This document shows positions 21,801 to 31,604 of a stretch of DNA of 64,000 bases, piece by piece. This DNA comes from an uncultured delta proteobacterium. GTDB lineage: Bacteria; Desulfobacterota; Desulfobacteria; Desulfobacterales; JAFDCJ01. Location of the stretch: positions 256,001 to 320,000 of the forward strand of contig CAVYNY010000009.1 of assembly GCA_963769935.1 (NCBI GenBank), given 5' to 3'. Made by a program: the position numbers and the translations under genes. The notes under the pieces are model-generated. The model was not told the origin of the DNA. It ran no database searches and worked only from the letters and a program-made list of their open reading frames with translations. The stretch's first letter is position 1. Each line of letters opens with the position of its first letter.

Positions 21801-21875
21801 GGCTGCCTGCATCCCGCTGATGCCGCCGCCGAGAACCAGCACCGATCCGATTGTGACCGCATTGTCCTTTTTCAT
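18843..21875 (-). CDS. hdrA: Large HdrA-like flavo-Fe-S protein, selenoprotein (U63), 1010 aa
   Basis: [17 protein letters not shown] (TGA 21687-21689); in frame with the 902-aa track ORF. Confidence 0.93.
21654..21671 (-). promoter_or_regulatory. SECIS-like hairpin (hdrA-1)
   Basis: CTGGTCGAGGTCGGCCGG at +16. Confidence 0.8.
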
Positions 21876-21953
21876 GGTATTTATCCCGTCCTCAAAAATT
21901 ATTCCGGCTGTTGCCGTTTAAATGCGCTTTTGGTTAAAAATTAAAAAGAGTAC

Positions 21954-21982
21954 TTTTTATCAAAATATACAAAGGATGTCAA
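21954..21982 (-). promoter_or_regulatory. Putative sigma70 promoter of the hdr-met operon
   Basis: TTGACA-N17-TAAAAA with extended TG motif. Confidence 0.5.
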
Positions 21983-22265
21983 GGAAAACCGTGTCTTATT
22001 AAACGAATGTAATCCAAATAATATCCAAAAATTAATAATATGCAGCCGATTCGGCTTGTTAAACCATACCAATTTAGTCATAAAAAAACAATTGATATTA
22101 ATAATCCAAACGTATATAAATTTTACGTGATTTGAATTAAAATTTTCATTTCAATTCCAAAGAAGAAGCGCTTTGATCGGCAAAGCACCATCATCGTTCC
22201 AACGGTGCTGCTGCTCAAGTCCCTGGGGAGGGCGCGTTGCATCGCCCGCCAAAGGATGTGCATCA

Positions 22266-23198
22266 ATGAGTGTAAAGACACCGAGCAAACTTGAAAAGAT
22301 TCTGAGTGAAGGCCATTTGGCCGTGACTTCCGAATGCGGACCTCCCCGGGGCAGCGATCCGGAGACAATCATCAAAAAAGCCGAGCTGATTAAAAACCAT
22401 GTGGACGCCATCAATATTACCGACAATCAAACGTCGGTCACTCGCCTGTGCAGCCTGGCCGCCTGTATCCGTTTGAAACTGCTGGGGCTCGAACCGGTTT
22501 TGCAGATGGTGACCCGCGACCGCAATCGCATCGCACTGCAAAGCGACATCCTGGGAGCCGCCTCGTTTGATATTCACAATATCCTGTGTCTGTCCGGCGA
22601 CCACCAGAGTTTCGGTGATTGCGCTCAGGGCCGGAATGTTCACGATATAGACTCCATGCAGCTGATTCAGACGGTGCGACATATGCGCGATGAGGGCAAA
22701 TTTCTCGGCGGCGACGAGATCAAACGGCCGCCGCAAATGTTTGTGGGGGCGGCCGCCAATCCGTTTGCCGATCCATTTGAAATCCGCGTTCCCCGGCTGG
22801 CCAAAAAAATCGCCGCCGGCGCGGAATTCATCCAGACCCAGTGTATTTACAACCTGGACAAATTTGAAGAATGGATGCGGCAGGTCCGCGACCGGGGTCT
22901 GCACGAAAAAGTTTACATTATGGCCGGACTGACTCCCATAAAGAATGTCGGCATGGCCAGGTACATGAAAAAGCGCGTACCCGGCATGGATGTGCCCGAT
23001 GAAATCGTGGACCGGCTGGCCGGCACGCCCAAAGAAAAGCAGGCTGAAGAGGGAATCAAAATTTGCATCGAATCCATTCAGCGCCTCAAAGAGGTGGAAG
23101 GTGTGTCCGGCTTTCATATCATGGCCATCGAATGGGAAGAAAAAGTGCCCGAAATAGTAGAAGCCGCCGGTCTCTATCCCCGGCTTAAGCTTGATTGA
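22266..23198 (+). CDS. metF: Methylenetetrahydrofolate reductase, second paralog
   Basis: SECGPPRG, NITDNQ, RDRNRIALQSD; highly similar to 11325-12251. Confidence 0.93.
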   Translation: MSVKTPSKLEKILSEGHLAVTSECGPPRGSDPETIIKKAELIKNHVDAINITDNQTSVTRLCSLAACIRLKLLGLEPVLQMVTRDRNRIALQSDILGAASFDIHNILCLSGDHQSFGDCAQGRNVHDIDSMQLIQTVRHMRDEGKFLGGDEIKRPPQMFVGAAANPFADPFEIRVPRLAKKIAAGAEFIQTQCIYNLDKFEEWMRQVRDRGLHEKVYIMAGLTPIKNVGMARYMKKRVPGMDVPDEIVDRLAGTPKEKQAEEGIKICIESIQRLKEVEGVSGFHIMAIEWEEKVPEIVEAAGLYPRLKLD

Positions 23199-23289
23199 AT
23201 CCGGGTCGCAATGCGACCATCACAAAGTTACGATCTGCACCGGGCAGTTGTGTTCGCCGAGTGGGTTTACCTAACCAAAGGAGGTCAAG

Positions 23290-23679
23290 ATGAGCGGGAA
23301 AAAAAGAATTCTGGTTGTGGATGATGAGCCTGATTTCGCTGCCATTGTGCAGCAAAACCTGGAAAAAGAAGGCTTTGAGGTCGATATTGCTTACGACGGG
23401 GTTGAAGGCCTTGAAAAAGTCCATGCCAATCCACCCGATGCCATCGTGCTGGATGTCATGATGCCGGAAAAAGACGGATACAAGGTCTGTGCGGAGTTGA
23501 AGGCCGATGAGCGCTATGCCGGTATTCCCATTATTCTGCTGACCGCCGTGGCATCCCATGTAACCTCCACCCGCTACTCGCATGCTGACGGCAAGAGCAC
23601 GGAGGCCGATGAGTACCTGGCCAAACCGGCGTCTGCGGAGCAGATCACCGAAACCATCAAGGGGCTGCTGGGCTTGTAA
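23290..23679 (+). CDS. Single-domain response regulator
   Basis: ILVVDDE, LDVMMPEKDG, AKP. Confidence 0.92.
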   Translation: MSGKKRILVVDDEPDFAAIVQQNLEKEGFEVDIAYDGVEGLEKVHANPPDAIVLDVMMPEKDGYKVCAELKADERYAGIPIILLTAVASHVTSTRYSHADGKSTEADEYLAKPASAEQITETIKGLLGL

Positions 23680-23686
23680 GATCGGC

Positions 23687-24502
23687 ATGAAGGTATTCTG
23701 CATCTTAAGCGACGAGCGGGTGTACAGTTCGCGATCGCCGGCTATGTTTTCCAGGGTGCTTCAGCGGGTTGGAATCCAGGCTGTTTACGTGCCGTTTAAA
23801 GTCGAACCGCAAAATATCGGTCTCGCGCTGCAAAGCCTTAGAACATTAAATATTGCCGGCGCCAACATCACCGTTCCCTATAAAGAAAAGGTTATCCCGC
23901 ACCTGGATGTTCTATCGGAAGGCGCCAATATCATCGGCGCCATCAACACCATCGTATGCAATGGCAACAGCCTCAAAGGCTACAATACCAACGCCATCGG
24001 CTTCATGGACGCCTTAAACAGCGTCGGCTTTGAGGTGGCCGGTAGATCGGCGGTAGTATTCGGAACGGGCGGGGCCGCCAAGGCGGTTGTTTTCATGCTG
24101 AACTGGCTCAGGGCCGGCAATATCCGGGTCGCAGGCCGCGATCCGCAGAAAGCGGCCGCCGTCGCCGAACGGTTTAAAGTCGAAGCATCTACCATCGAGG
24201 AACTTGCGCTACGGCCGATGGCCGCCGACATCGTGGTCAATGCCGCCTCCGTCTCAAGCCCCCGGGAAGCACCTGAACTTGCACGGTTGACCCAAGAGCT
24301 CCAATTGCCGGCTTGCCGGCTGGTGATAGATCTCAACTATGGCCGCCGCCAGAATTTTTGGCGGGATATGGCCGCCCGCCTGGGCATCCAATTCATGGAT
24401 GGACTGCCGGCCCTGGCTTTCCAGGCCCGGCGGACCTTGGCCCTGTGGACGAGGGTTGAAGTCGATCCAGCGGAATTTTTAAAGGCACTGGAGGAGGGAT
24501 AG
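23687..24502 (+). CDS. aroE: Shikimate dehydrogenase family protein
   Basis: SRSP, GANITVPYK, GAINTI, GYNTN, GTGGAA. Confidence 0.85.
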   Translation: MKVFCILSDERVYSSRSPAMFSRVLQRVGIQAVYVPFKVEPQNIGLALQSLRTLNIAGANITVPYKEKVIPHLDVLSEGANIIGAINTIVCNGNSLKGYNTNAIGFMDALNSVGFEVAGRSAVVFGTGGAAKAVVFMLNWLRAGNIRVAGRDPQKAAAVAERFKVEASTIEELALRPMAADIVVNAASVSSPREAPELARLTQELQLPACRLVIDLNYGRRQNFWRDMAARLGIQFMDGLPALAFQARRTLALWTRVEVDPAEFLKALEEG

Positions 24503-24562
24503 TTTGAGAGCGCATGGTTGACAGCTGATAAACTAAAAGGCTGAATCATAATCGGCGGATTA

Positions 24563-24730
24563 TAAATTCCAAATCCCAAGCACCAAATAATTTACCCTGT
24601 TAAATAATTCGCTAAAGGCCATGACCGTCTTCGACGCGGAAATTTAAGAATTTATCTATTTTGAAAATCGTACCAATGCAATTTAACAGGGCAGGTAAAT
24701 CCCAAATTACTTGGAATTTGTGATTTAGTT
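24563..24730. repeat. AAATYMC-heptamer palindromic element with nested CCCTGTTAAAT...ATTTAACAGGG insert
   Basis: Arms similar to those at 9420-9525, 37730-37960 and 46210-46420. Confidence 0.7.
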
Positions 24731-24799
24731 TTCACCTGCCCTGAGAACAGATCGATTGGGCCGAAAGGCCGGCAAACCTCTCAAACGCCAATGGCATTG

Positions 24800-26296
24800 T
24801 CATTCTGTTCTGTTCACCGGCAGGACAACGGTGAATCTGCTGCCGCTGCCCGGCGTGCTCTCCACCTCGATAAACCCGCCCAGGGAATCCACCAGGCCCT
24901 TTGCAATCGGCAGCCCGAGACCGGTTCCGGTGATAAACCTGGTATTTTCATTTTTGACCCGGTAAAATCTCTCAAAAATTTTTTCCAGATGGCGGGCCTC
25001 AATCCCGAAGCCGTTGTCAACCACACTCACCTGAATGCTCAACCCGACCAGGTCCGCCCTGACGCTGATTGTCCCGCCTGCCGGTGTGTAATTCAGGGCA
25101 TTGGTAATCAGGTTGCCGAAAATACTTTCAAGCGCCAACGGGTCAGCGGTAAGCGCCGGGAGCGGCTTTGCGGGAAGTTCCAGCAACAGGGCCTGATTTT
25201 TTTCCGTGGCCCGGTCCCGCATAAAATCGACAATGTCATTTAATAAACCCTCAAGCTGCACCTTCTTGGGCTCCTGGCAGATCATGCCGGCCTCGATCCG
25301 CGACAGGTCGAGCAAATCACCGATCAGGGAAATCAGGCCATGGGTTTTTTCCTTGGCCCGCATGAGAATATTTTGGTCGACGCTGGAGGATTCCTTCACC
25401 ATTTCTCCCAACACATGCACCAGCTGCTCATGAATGGTGGCAAGCGGCGATCTGAGCTCATGGGAGACTTTGGCAACGAATTCGGATTTCATGCGGTCGA
25501 TAATTTTCATGTTGGTGATGTCCACCAGGTTCACAACCGCCCCCAGACACTGCCGGCGCTCCCCCAGCACCGGCCGGTTGCGGGCCTGAATGAACTTCTC
25601 ATCTGAAATCCTCAATTCGTAGGCCGGAATATCCTCGTAGTCCACGTGCCGGCCCTGGGAAATTTCGCGGATCAGGCAGCAGAGATCCTTTTCGCCGATA
25701 TAGTGTTCGATCTGTTTGCCCGCCTCTGTATCGGGCGGCAGATCCAGCAGTCGCAAAAAGGCGGGATTCAGCAGGACCACTTGTCCTTTGGCGTTGACGA
25801 CCCCGACGCCGTTGGGCAAAGATTCAAGCACCGTGCGGATGCGGGTTTTCTCCTTATTCAGATCGGCCAGGGTCTGGTTGCGCTCCCGCTCCAAGGCCCG
25901 GGCCTCGCGGGTAAGCTGCAATTTTTCGGCGGCGCGTTTGACAACAATCCGCAGCTGTTCGGGTTCGAACGGCTTCGGGATGAAATCATAGGCGCCCTGC
26001 TTCATCGCCTCGATGGCGGTTTCCACCGTGGCGAAGCCGGTTATCACGATGACCAATATCGCCGGATCCAGCTGACGGATTTGCTTTAATGCTTCCATGC
26101 CGTCCATCCCCGGCATTTTCATATCCAGCAAGATAATCGGAATGGTTTTTTCCTGCAGCAGATCGAGCGCCTCCCGTCCGGTGGCTGCTGTCAGCACGTC
26201 GAATCCCGCCCGGCTCAGGATGCGCTGCGACCCATCCCGAATATTCAGTTCATCATCGACCACCAATACCTGGATGGCGTCATCAATTTTCTGCAC
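24800..26296 (-). CDS. REC-PAS-HisKA-HATPase hybrid kinase
   Basis: VVDDE...LDMKMPG, VSHELRSPL, GTGLGL. Confidence 0.92.
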   Translation of the reverse strand: MQKIDDAIQVLVVDDELNIRDGSQRILSRAGFDVLTAATGREALDLLQEKTIPIILLDMKMPGMDGMEALKQIRQLDPAILVIVITGFATVETAIEAMKQGAYDFIPKPFEPEQLRIVVKRAAEKLQLTREARALERERNQTLADLNKEKTRIRTVLESLPNGVGVVNAKGQVVLLNPAFLRLLDLPPDTEAGKQIEHYIGEKDLCCLIREISQGRHVDYEDIPAYELRISDEKFIQARNRPVLGERRQCLGAVVNLVDITNMKIIDRMKSEFVAKVSHELRSPLATIHEQLVHVLGEMVKESSSVDQNILMRAKEKTHGLISLIGDLLDLSRIEAGMICQEPKKVQLEGLLNDIVDFMRDRATEKNQALLLELPAKPLPALTADPLALESIFGNLITNALNYTPAGGTISVRADLVGLSIQVSVVDNGFGIEARHLEKIFERFYRVKNENTRFITGTGLGLPIAKGLVDSLGGFIEVESTPGSGSRFTVVLPVNRTE

Positions 26297-27773
26297 GTTG
26301 ATCTCCTTGCTTAACCAGCTCGGCTACGGGAAACGTTATCGTAAATACGGCCCCGCCATTGGGGTTGTTATGAGCCGTGATCCGGCCCCGATGGTTTTCG
26401 ACGATTCCGTAAGCAAGGCTGAGTCCCAGACCGGTTCCATCTCCCTCCACCTTGGTCGTAAAGAAGGGCTCGAAAATGCGGGGTAGAGCCTCCGGCGGAA
26501 TGCCGGGACCGGAATCCGCTATCTCGATGCCGATCTCATCCCGCTCGGATATCCGGAAGGTTCTTATCGTCAGCCTGCCTTTGCCCTTCATGGCCTGGGC
26601 GGCGTTGAGAATGATGTTCATGAACAGGTGGTTCAGCTGCTGGACATCCGCCTGCACCGGCGGCAGCTGCTCTCCGAACATTCTGGCAATCTGGATATTA
26701 TGAAACAGGCTCTGGTTTTCGAGCAGAAACAAGGTGCGTGAAATCGCCTCATTGATATCATGGGGCCCCATGAGATGTCGGGTCTGGCGGGTAAACTCCA
26801 AAAGCTCCTTGACCGTATCCCGGCACCGTTCGGCATCCTTGAGAATCCGAATCAGGTCACTGCGGACGGCTTCCGGCAGGTCGTATTCCTCCAGCATCAG
26901 CTTGGCAAACAGCGTGATGCCGCCGAGGGGATTGTTGATCTGATGGGCGACACCGGCCGCCAGCTTTCCCAGGGAAGACATCTTTTCAGCCTGCAAAAGC
27001 TGCAGCTGGGTCTTCTCCAGTTCGGCCCTGATCTTCATTCTCTCGCGCAGGTCGTGAAAAAAACCGATCGTGGCGATTTCACGGCCGTTCTCATAGATTA
27101 TCGAGGCATACAGGCTGATGGGTATGCGTTGCCCGCCTTTTGACAGCACATCCACATGGTAGGTTTTCAACTTACCCCGACCGCCGAATTCGTCGCTGCG
27201 CAGCTTGCGCATGACGTCACGCGCACCTTCATCGGGATACAGGTCTCGAATGTTTAAATCATTTAAGGCTTCCTCTACGCTGTAACCAAAAACCTCCGCC
27301 GCCGAATCGTTAAAAATGAGAATCTTGCCCGCCATGTCGGCGGCGATGACGCAGTCCACAGCATTGTGAATCAGGTCGTTCAAAAAAGCATTGGCATGGC
27401 GCAGCTTTTCCTCGAGTGAATCCAGGGCGGTAAAATCGAAATCCAGCAGCACGAACGCCTCGATCTCCTTGCCGGAAAAAATAGGATAGGAATACAGGCA
27501 TGGTATCCTGCCGGACCGGGAAACCGGACGGTAGCCGGGGCTCAACGCCGGTTGGCGGTTACGGCCGACTTCCAGAGTGGGACAGTCCTGGCAGGGCAAA
27601 TCCCGACCGTAGAGCACATCATAGCATTTCGCGCCGGGTATGCTGAATTTTTGGACATCACCCAGCCTGCCCTTGAGGGCCAGTATCTCAAACCGCGGCG
27701 AGACCACAAGAAATCTGCGGTTGAAGGCGTCGATCGCCCGCAGAATAATGCTGTTTTGATCATCTGAATCCAT
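26283..27773 (-). CDS. Cytoplasmic PAS sensor histidine kinase (NtrB-like)
   Basis: CY...CQDCP PAS-like N-terminus, AAGVAHQINNPL (Q in place of the usual E), GTGLGL. Confidence 0.9.
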   Translation of the reverse strand: MDSDDQNSIILRAIDAFNRRFLVVSPRFEILALKGRLGDVQKFSIPGAKCYDVLYGRDLPCQDCPTLEVGRNRQPALSPGYRPVSRSGRIPCLYSYPIFSGKEIEAFVLLDFDFTALDSLEEKLRHANAFLNDLIHNAVDCVIAADMAGKILIFNDSAAEVFGYSVEEALNDLNIRDLYPDEGARDVMRKLRSDEFGGRGKLKTYHVDVLSKGGQRIPISLYASIIYENGREIATIGFFHDLRERMKIRAELEKTQLQLLQAEKMSSLGKLAAGVAHQINNPLGGITLFAKLMLEEYDLPEAVRSDLIRILKDAERCRDTVKELLEFTRQTRHLMGPHDINEAISRTLFLLENQSLFHNIQIARMFGEQLPPVQADVQQLNHLFMNIILNAAQAMKGKGRLTIRTFRISERDEIGIEIADSGPGIPPEALPRIFEPFFTTKVEGDGTGLGLSLAYGIVENHRGRITAHNNPNGGAVFTITFPVAELVKQGDQRAEN

Positions 27774-28120
27774 CAAAGCATCCTTGGGGGCTTTAATTCG
27801 AGCCGCCTGCAATATTGGTAAGACGCATCCGGCTCCTACCGCCCCTGTGTCGGTCGTTCGCTGAGACGCACGAATCCGGATGCCATTGGCAACCCGTCAT
27901 GAATTTATGCCACCCATTGGAAAAATGCAAGCAAATAGGTTGATCATCCAGCAATCCGGTCAGACCTCGAAATTTATCCTGGGTTTTATCTTTTTTATGC
28001 GCTTTACTGCCGCCTGGGCAGCGCATCTTTTAGCGACCCGCCGGCCCTTGGGTCTAATTGATTCTTTAGATCAAAGAACTATCTATAATTTTGAAGAAGC
28101 TGTTTTCCAGGGCGGATTAA

Positions 28121-28504
28121 TTATCCGTGAAACCGGTTGTACCAGTCAAATTCCCGGGAGGTAACTTTGTCTTCCATTTTGCGAATACGCTTTTCCAGAT
28201 GTTTCCATTTCCGGTTCAGCCGCTGGGCCGCGTCGTTTCGCGCGCGGTGATACCGGCTGCCGGACTTTTGGTCCGGCCCGCTGCGGGCGTAGTCCGCCGG
28301 CTCCGACTTCATTAAGAGGGCCGCCAAAATATAAAGGCCGACCACCGGCCAGAAGCCGGTAAATATAAACACAATGACGACCAGGGCTCTGATCCAGAAC
28401 ACCGAAAAGTCAAAATATTCGGCTGCCCCCCGGCACACACCCAATAGGATGCCGTTTCGTGAGCGGTAGAATCCGCGTTTTGACAGGCTGTCATATCTGC
28501 GCAT
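28121..28504 (-). CDS. pspC: Phage shock protein C
   Basis: YRSRNGILLGVCRGAAEYFD, TM helix, RIRKMEDKVTSREF. Confidence 0.9.
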   Translation of the reverse strand: MRRYDSLSKRGFYRSRNGILLGVCRGAAEYFDFSVFWIRALVVIVFIFTGFWPVVGLYILAALLMKSEPADYARSGPDQKSGSRYHRARNDAAQRLNRKWKHLEKRIRKMEDKVTSREFDWYNRFHG

Positions 28505-28505
28505 G

Positions 28506-29228
28506 TTAGGTTTCCTTTCTCTCATTATCATCCATTATGGTTTCCAGCGCTTCGACTCTTTTCTCCATCAAGTCTATGGATGAAGATTTTATCGCTTTTA
28601 ACTCGCTTTCAATCTCTTCATCCCGGGCAAGCCTTTCCAACTCATCCTGCAGGGTCGGCTTGCGGCCGGAATTTTCCAGGTCGGATTCGGCTTCCATTTG
28701 CTCGATGCGCTGTTCAAGCTCTTCGAATTTAAAAATCGCATCGGCGCTGTCCACGCGCCGGATTTCTTCCTGGGCCCGCTTTTTGCGGGTGGCATGGATA
28801 TGGCGTTGCACGAGCAGGCGCTCTTTTTCGCGGACGGCCTTCAATTTGTCTTCCAGTTGATGGATGTCGTCCTTGTAATGCGCCAGCAAGGTTTCATGGT
28901 CGCTCAACTCATTGGCGAGTGATTCGGCTCTCCGGGCATAACGACGTTTCTCAAGCAGCGCTTCCCTTGCCAGATCGTCACGCCCTTTACTAACCGCCAA
29001 ACCGGCTTTGTCGTCCCAGTAACCGACGCGTTTTTCGAGCACCTGCAGTTGGCGCTCAACTTGCTTGCTTTGCGCCATCACTCCGGTGCAGGCGACTTTG
29101 AGTTCGATCAGCGTATCTTCCATCTCCTGGATCATCAGCCGGATCAGTTTCTCGGGATCTTCCGCCCGATCGAGCATGGAGTTTATGTTGGAACCGACAA
29201 TATCCCGAAATCGTGTGAATATGCCCAT
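28506..29228 (-). CDS. pspA: Phage shock protein A with PspB-like C-terminal tail
   Basis: MGIFTRFRDIVGSNINSMLDRAEDPEK; coiled coil. Confidence 0.93.
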   Translation of the reverse strand: MGIFTRFRDIVGSNINSMLDRAEDPEKLIRLMIQEMEDTLIELKVACTGVMAQSKQVERQLQVLEKRVGYWDDKAGLAVSKGRDDLAREALLEKRRYARRAESLANELSDHETLLAHYKDDIHQLEDKLKAVREKERLLVQRHIHATRKKRAQEEIRRVDSADAIFKFEELEQRIEQMEAESDLENSGRKPTLQDELERLARDEEIESELKAIKSSSIDLMEKRVEALETIMDDNERKET

Positions 29229-29266
29229 GGTAAAACCTCCTTATTATTTTTTTCTGACCTATGTAG

Positions 29267-29282
29267 AGCATTTAGCATGCCA
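29267..29282 (-). promoter_or_regulatory. Sigma54 (-24/-12) promoter of pspA
   Basis: TGGCATGCTAAATGCT (GG-N10-GC); ATGGT-N7-ACCAT palindrome about 70 bp upstream may be an activator site. Confidence 0.75.
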
Positions 29283-29578
29283 ATGACAGTTTTAGACTCA
29301 ACCTCCTGATATCATAATGATTTGAAAATTATGGCATAATGAGGACGATGGTGAAAATAACCATAAAGTAGCAAAAAAGGCCTCGTTTTGCCAAACCCAG
29401 ATTTTCAGTATTCCCTGGCCCGGAGGACCCGCTTTTCGATGTTGGAATAAAAATAGAATTGTTGAAATCCAGCGCGAATACTGATATTAGGCCTTGGAAA
29501 AAACGAAGAAATGCGTGAATTGCGGCGCCAAAGCGGAAAAAGGCAAACTCGCGTCAACTCTAAAAAAAGGAGAACAAC

Positions 29579-30046
29579 ATGGAATTTGAAAATTTAGATG
29601 CCATTTTGGATTTTGCCATTGAAAAAGAATTGGAAGCGGCGGAATTTTACACCAGCATCAGCAAGCAGGAAGTATTTTCCGGGGCCGGTAAGATGTTTGA
29701 TGAATTTGCGCAGGAAGAACGAAAACACAAGGCCATGCTCGAGGAGTTTAAAACCAAAGGTCTTAGCGCAAGCCTGCAGAAATATAATTTTAAATGGATT
29801 ACGGACATCAAACGCAGCGACTATGTTGTCGATCTCGAATACAGCCCCGGAATGCCTTATAACGAAATCCTCATGCTGGCCATGAAGCGGGAGGAAAAAG
29901 CGCTGAAGCTCTATAATGATTTTTTGACCCAGGCAGATTCGGATGAAAGCAAGACCTTATTTAAAGTACTTTGCCAGGAAGAGGCGAAACATAAACTGGC
30001 CTTGGAAACCATATATGACGATTATATGGCGAAGATGGGAGACTAG
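29579..30046 (+). CDS. Rubrerythrin/ferritin-like protein
   Basis: AIEKELEAAEFY, EERKH, AMKREEKA, EEAKH di-iron motifs. Confidence 0.9.
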   Translation: MEFENLDAILDFAIEKELEAAEFYTSISKQEVFSGAGKMFDEFAQEERKHKAMLEEFKTKGLSASLQKYNFKWITDIKRSDYVVDLEYSPGMPYNEILMLAMKREEKALKLYNDFLTQADSDESKTLFKVLCQEEAKHKLALETIYDDYMAKMGD

Positions 30047-30259
30047 TGGATTGAAGATTGAAAATTGAATATTGTAAAACGGTGCAAATAAGAGGTTAAT
30101 TTTCGCAGGTTGGGTTGATCCGGCCTCGGCGGGCAATACCGGTCGGACTCTACCCAACCTGCCGGGAATCAAGACGTTTCGTTGAGGCTACAATTAGGGT
30201 CGAGCGAAGCGATTTCCGCAATTCTAAAATATTCAATATTCAATTTTCAATATTCATTT
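30047..30259. repeat. Palindromic element with ATTGAAT-type arms
   Basis: GATTGAAGATTGAAAATTGAATATT ... AATATTCAATATTCAATTTTCAATATTCA. Confidence 0.85.
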
Positions 30260-31594
30260 CGATAGGGGGCAGCCGGTACAGTCTTTTATCAGGTTTTTTA
30301 GCTTATCGTACAGGACCGAGTAGGAGTAGTATTGTTTGGCGGTTTCGTAATTGTGCTGCACCATCTTATCGCGAAACTCCGAATCGGTCAGCACCTTTTT
30401 GGTTTTGCGAACCGCCTCATCGGACACGTACCCGTCAATCTCTATTACGGAAAAGCCCTTCGGCTTAATGTCCATGGTGTATATGGCATAGGTGTTTACC
30501 ACAATCGGCCGGCAAAAATAGATAGCTTCCAGAAAGGCATTGCCGAATCCCTCAAACGTGGAAGGATAAGTTACCAGGTCGGCGTGGGGATAGATGTCTT
30601 CCAGCGTATAGATCTTGCGGCCATTTTTCGTCAGCCCTCTTTTCTCATTGATGATGTTGGAAACAAAGTACGTATCGACCTTCATCATTTTGGAATATTC
30701 TCTAACCCGGCGTTCATAGTCATACCCTTCATCCCCCGATGCGTGCGAGATGACCAGTTTGGCTTTCATTCCCAGCCGGTGGACCAGTTCAATCGCGTGC
30801 TCAATCCCTTTGCGTTTCACAACCCGTGTCGGTTGAAGTATTAACAGCTCATTATCTCCAACCCCCAGAGCCTGTCTCACATCGGCAGCGTACTCGTCTA
30901 CCGCGGGTGCCTGATCCACGGCCGCTATGCCGCAGGATTTTGCACTCGAGGCTATTGGCGGTGGATTTTCAAAATCCATCACATTGGGAATTATGGTCGA
31001 TGATATGCCGGTTCGCAGACTCAGCTGATTGCCCGCCGATGAGTTGATGACCACGTGCTTAATCGGCGGCAGGTGCGGCGGAAACGCCATGTTCAAGTAC
31101 TCCCAGGCAGCGTTGACCATAAAATGCTGGCGTTCCCAAAAAAAGTCATGGTGATGCGCAATGGTCGGCATCCCGGTTTCAGAAATGACCTCGGTCAGGG
31201 CGATGCCCAGGGGAATGTTCAACGGAATCGTCAGGGCATTTTCCGGCACGAGCAGGTCAATATCAAAATTTTCGATGAATCTGTAAAGATCATCCTTCAG
31301 CTTCCGCTTGAGTTCGTAAATTTTTCGAGTGACAAAACGTTCCCGCACCCGGGCGCCGAAACAGTTGCGGTAAATATCTTTAATATCCGGATGCTGGAAA
31401 TGCGCTTCTTCAGCCAGAAATGAAGATTCAGGCGGCCGGTCAAGCTCACCGGCCAAATAATGGCAGGAGAACCCCACCCTCTCAAATACATCGGCCCACT
31501 TGGCCGTCTCCAGAGAAACCCCGTCCGTTCCCGCCAATCGAGTTGATACGAAACCCACGTTATGGGTCCGGCCGCACAACGAGCAGTATGCCAT
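30254..31594 (-). CDS. GT4 glycosyltransferase (similar to mannosylglucosylglycerate synthase type)
   Basis: TRLAGTDGVSLE, HHHDFFWER, QPTRVVKRKGIE, EGFGNAFLEA. Confidence 0.85.
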   Translation of the reverse strand: MAYCSLCGRTHNVGFVSTRLAGTDGVSLETAKWADVFERVGFSCHYLAGELDRPPESSFLAEEAHFQHPDIKDIYRNCFGARVRERFVTRKIYELKRKLKDDLYRFIENFDIDLLVPENALTIPLNIPLGIALTEVISETGMPTIAHHHDFFWERQHFMVNAAWEYLNMAFPPHLPPIKHVVINSSAGNQLSLRTGISSTIIPNVMDFENPPPIASSAKSCGIAAVDQAPAVDEYAADVRQALGVGDNELLILQPTRVVKRKGIEHAIELVHRLGMKAKLVISHASGDEGYDYERRVREYSKMMKVDTYFVSNIINEKRGLTKNGRKIYTLEDIYPHADLVTYPSTFEGFGNAFLEAIYFCRPIVVNTYAIYTMDIKPKGFSVIEIDGYVSDEAVRKTKKVLTDSEFRDKMVQHNYETAKQYYSYSVLYDKLKNLIKDCTGCPLSK

Positions 31595-31604
31595 GTTTCT
31601 CCTT

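Noticed and set aside
13041..21875. Treating the split hdrA/mvhD/CCG ORFs as pseudogenes or separate small genes
   Set aside because: Every break is a TGA at a conserved Cys with in-frame continuation and a positioned hairpin
22150..22265. SAM-I or ZTP riboswitch before the second metF
   Set aside because: Only fragments (CGGCAA, ACGGTGC, GGGGAG, GCCCGCC); core motifs missing; an Rfam scan would be needed
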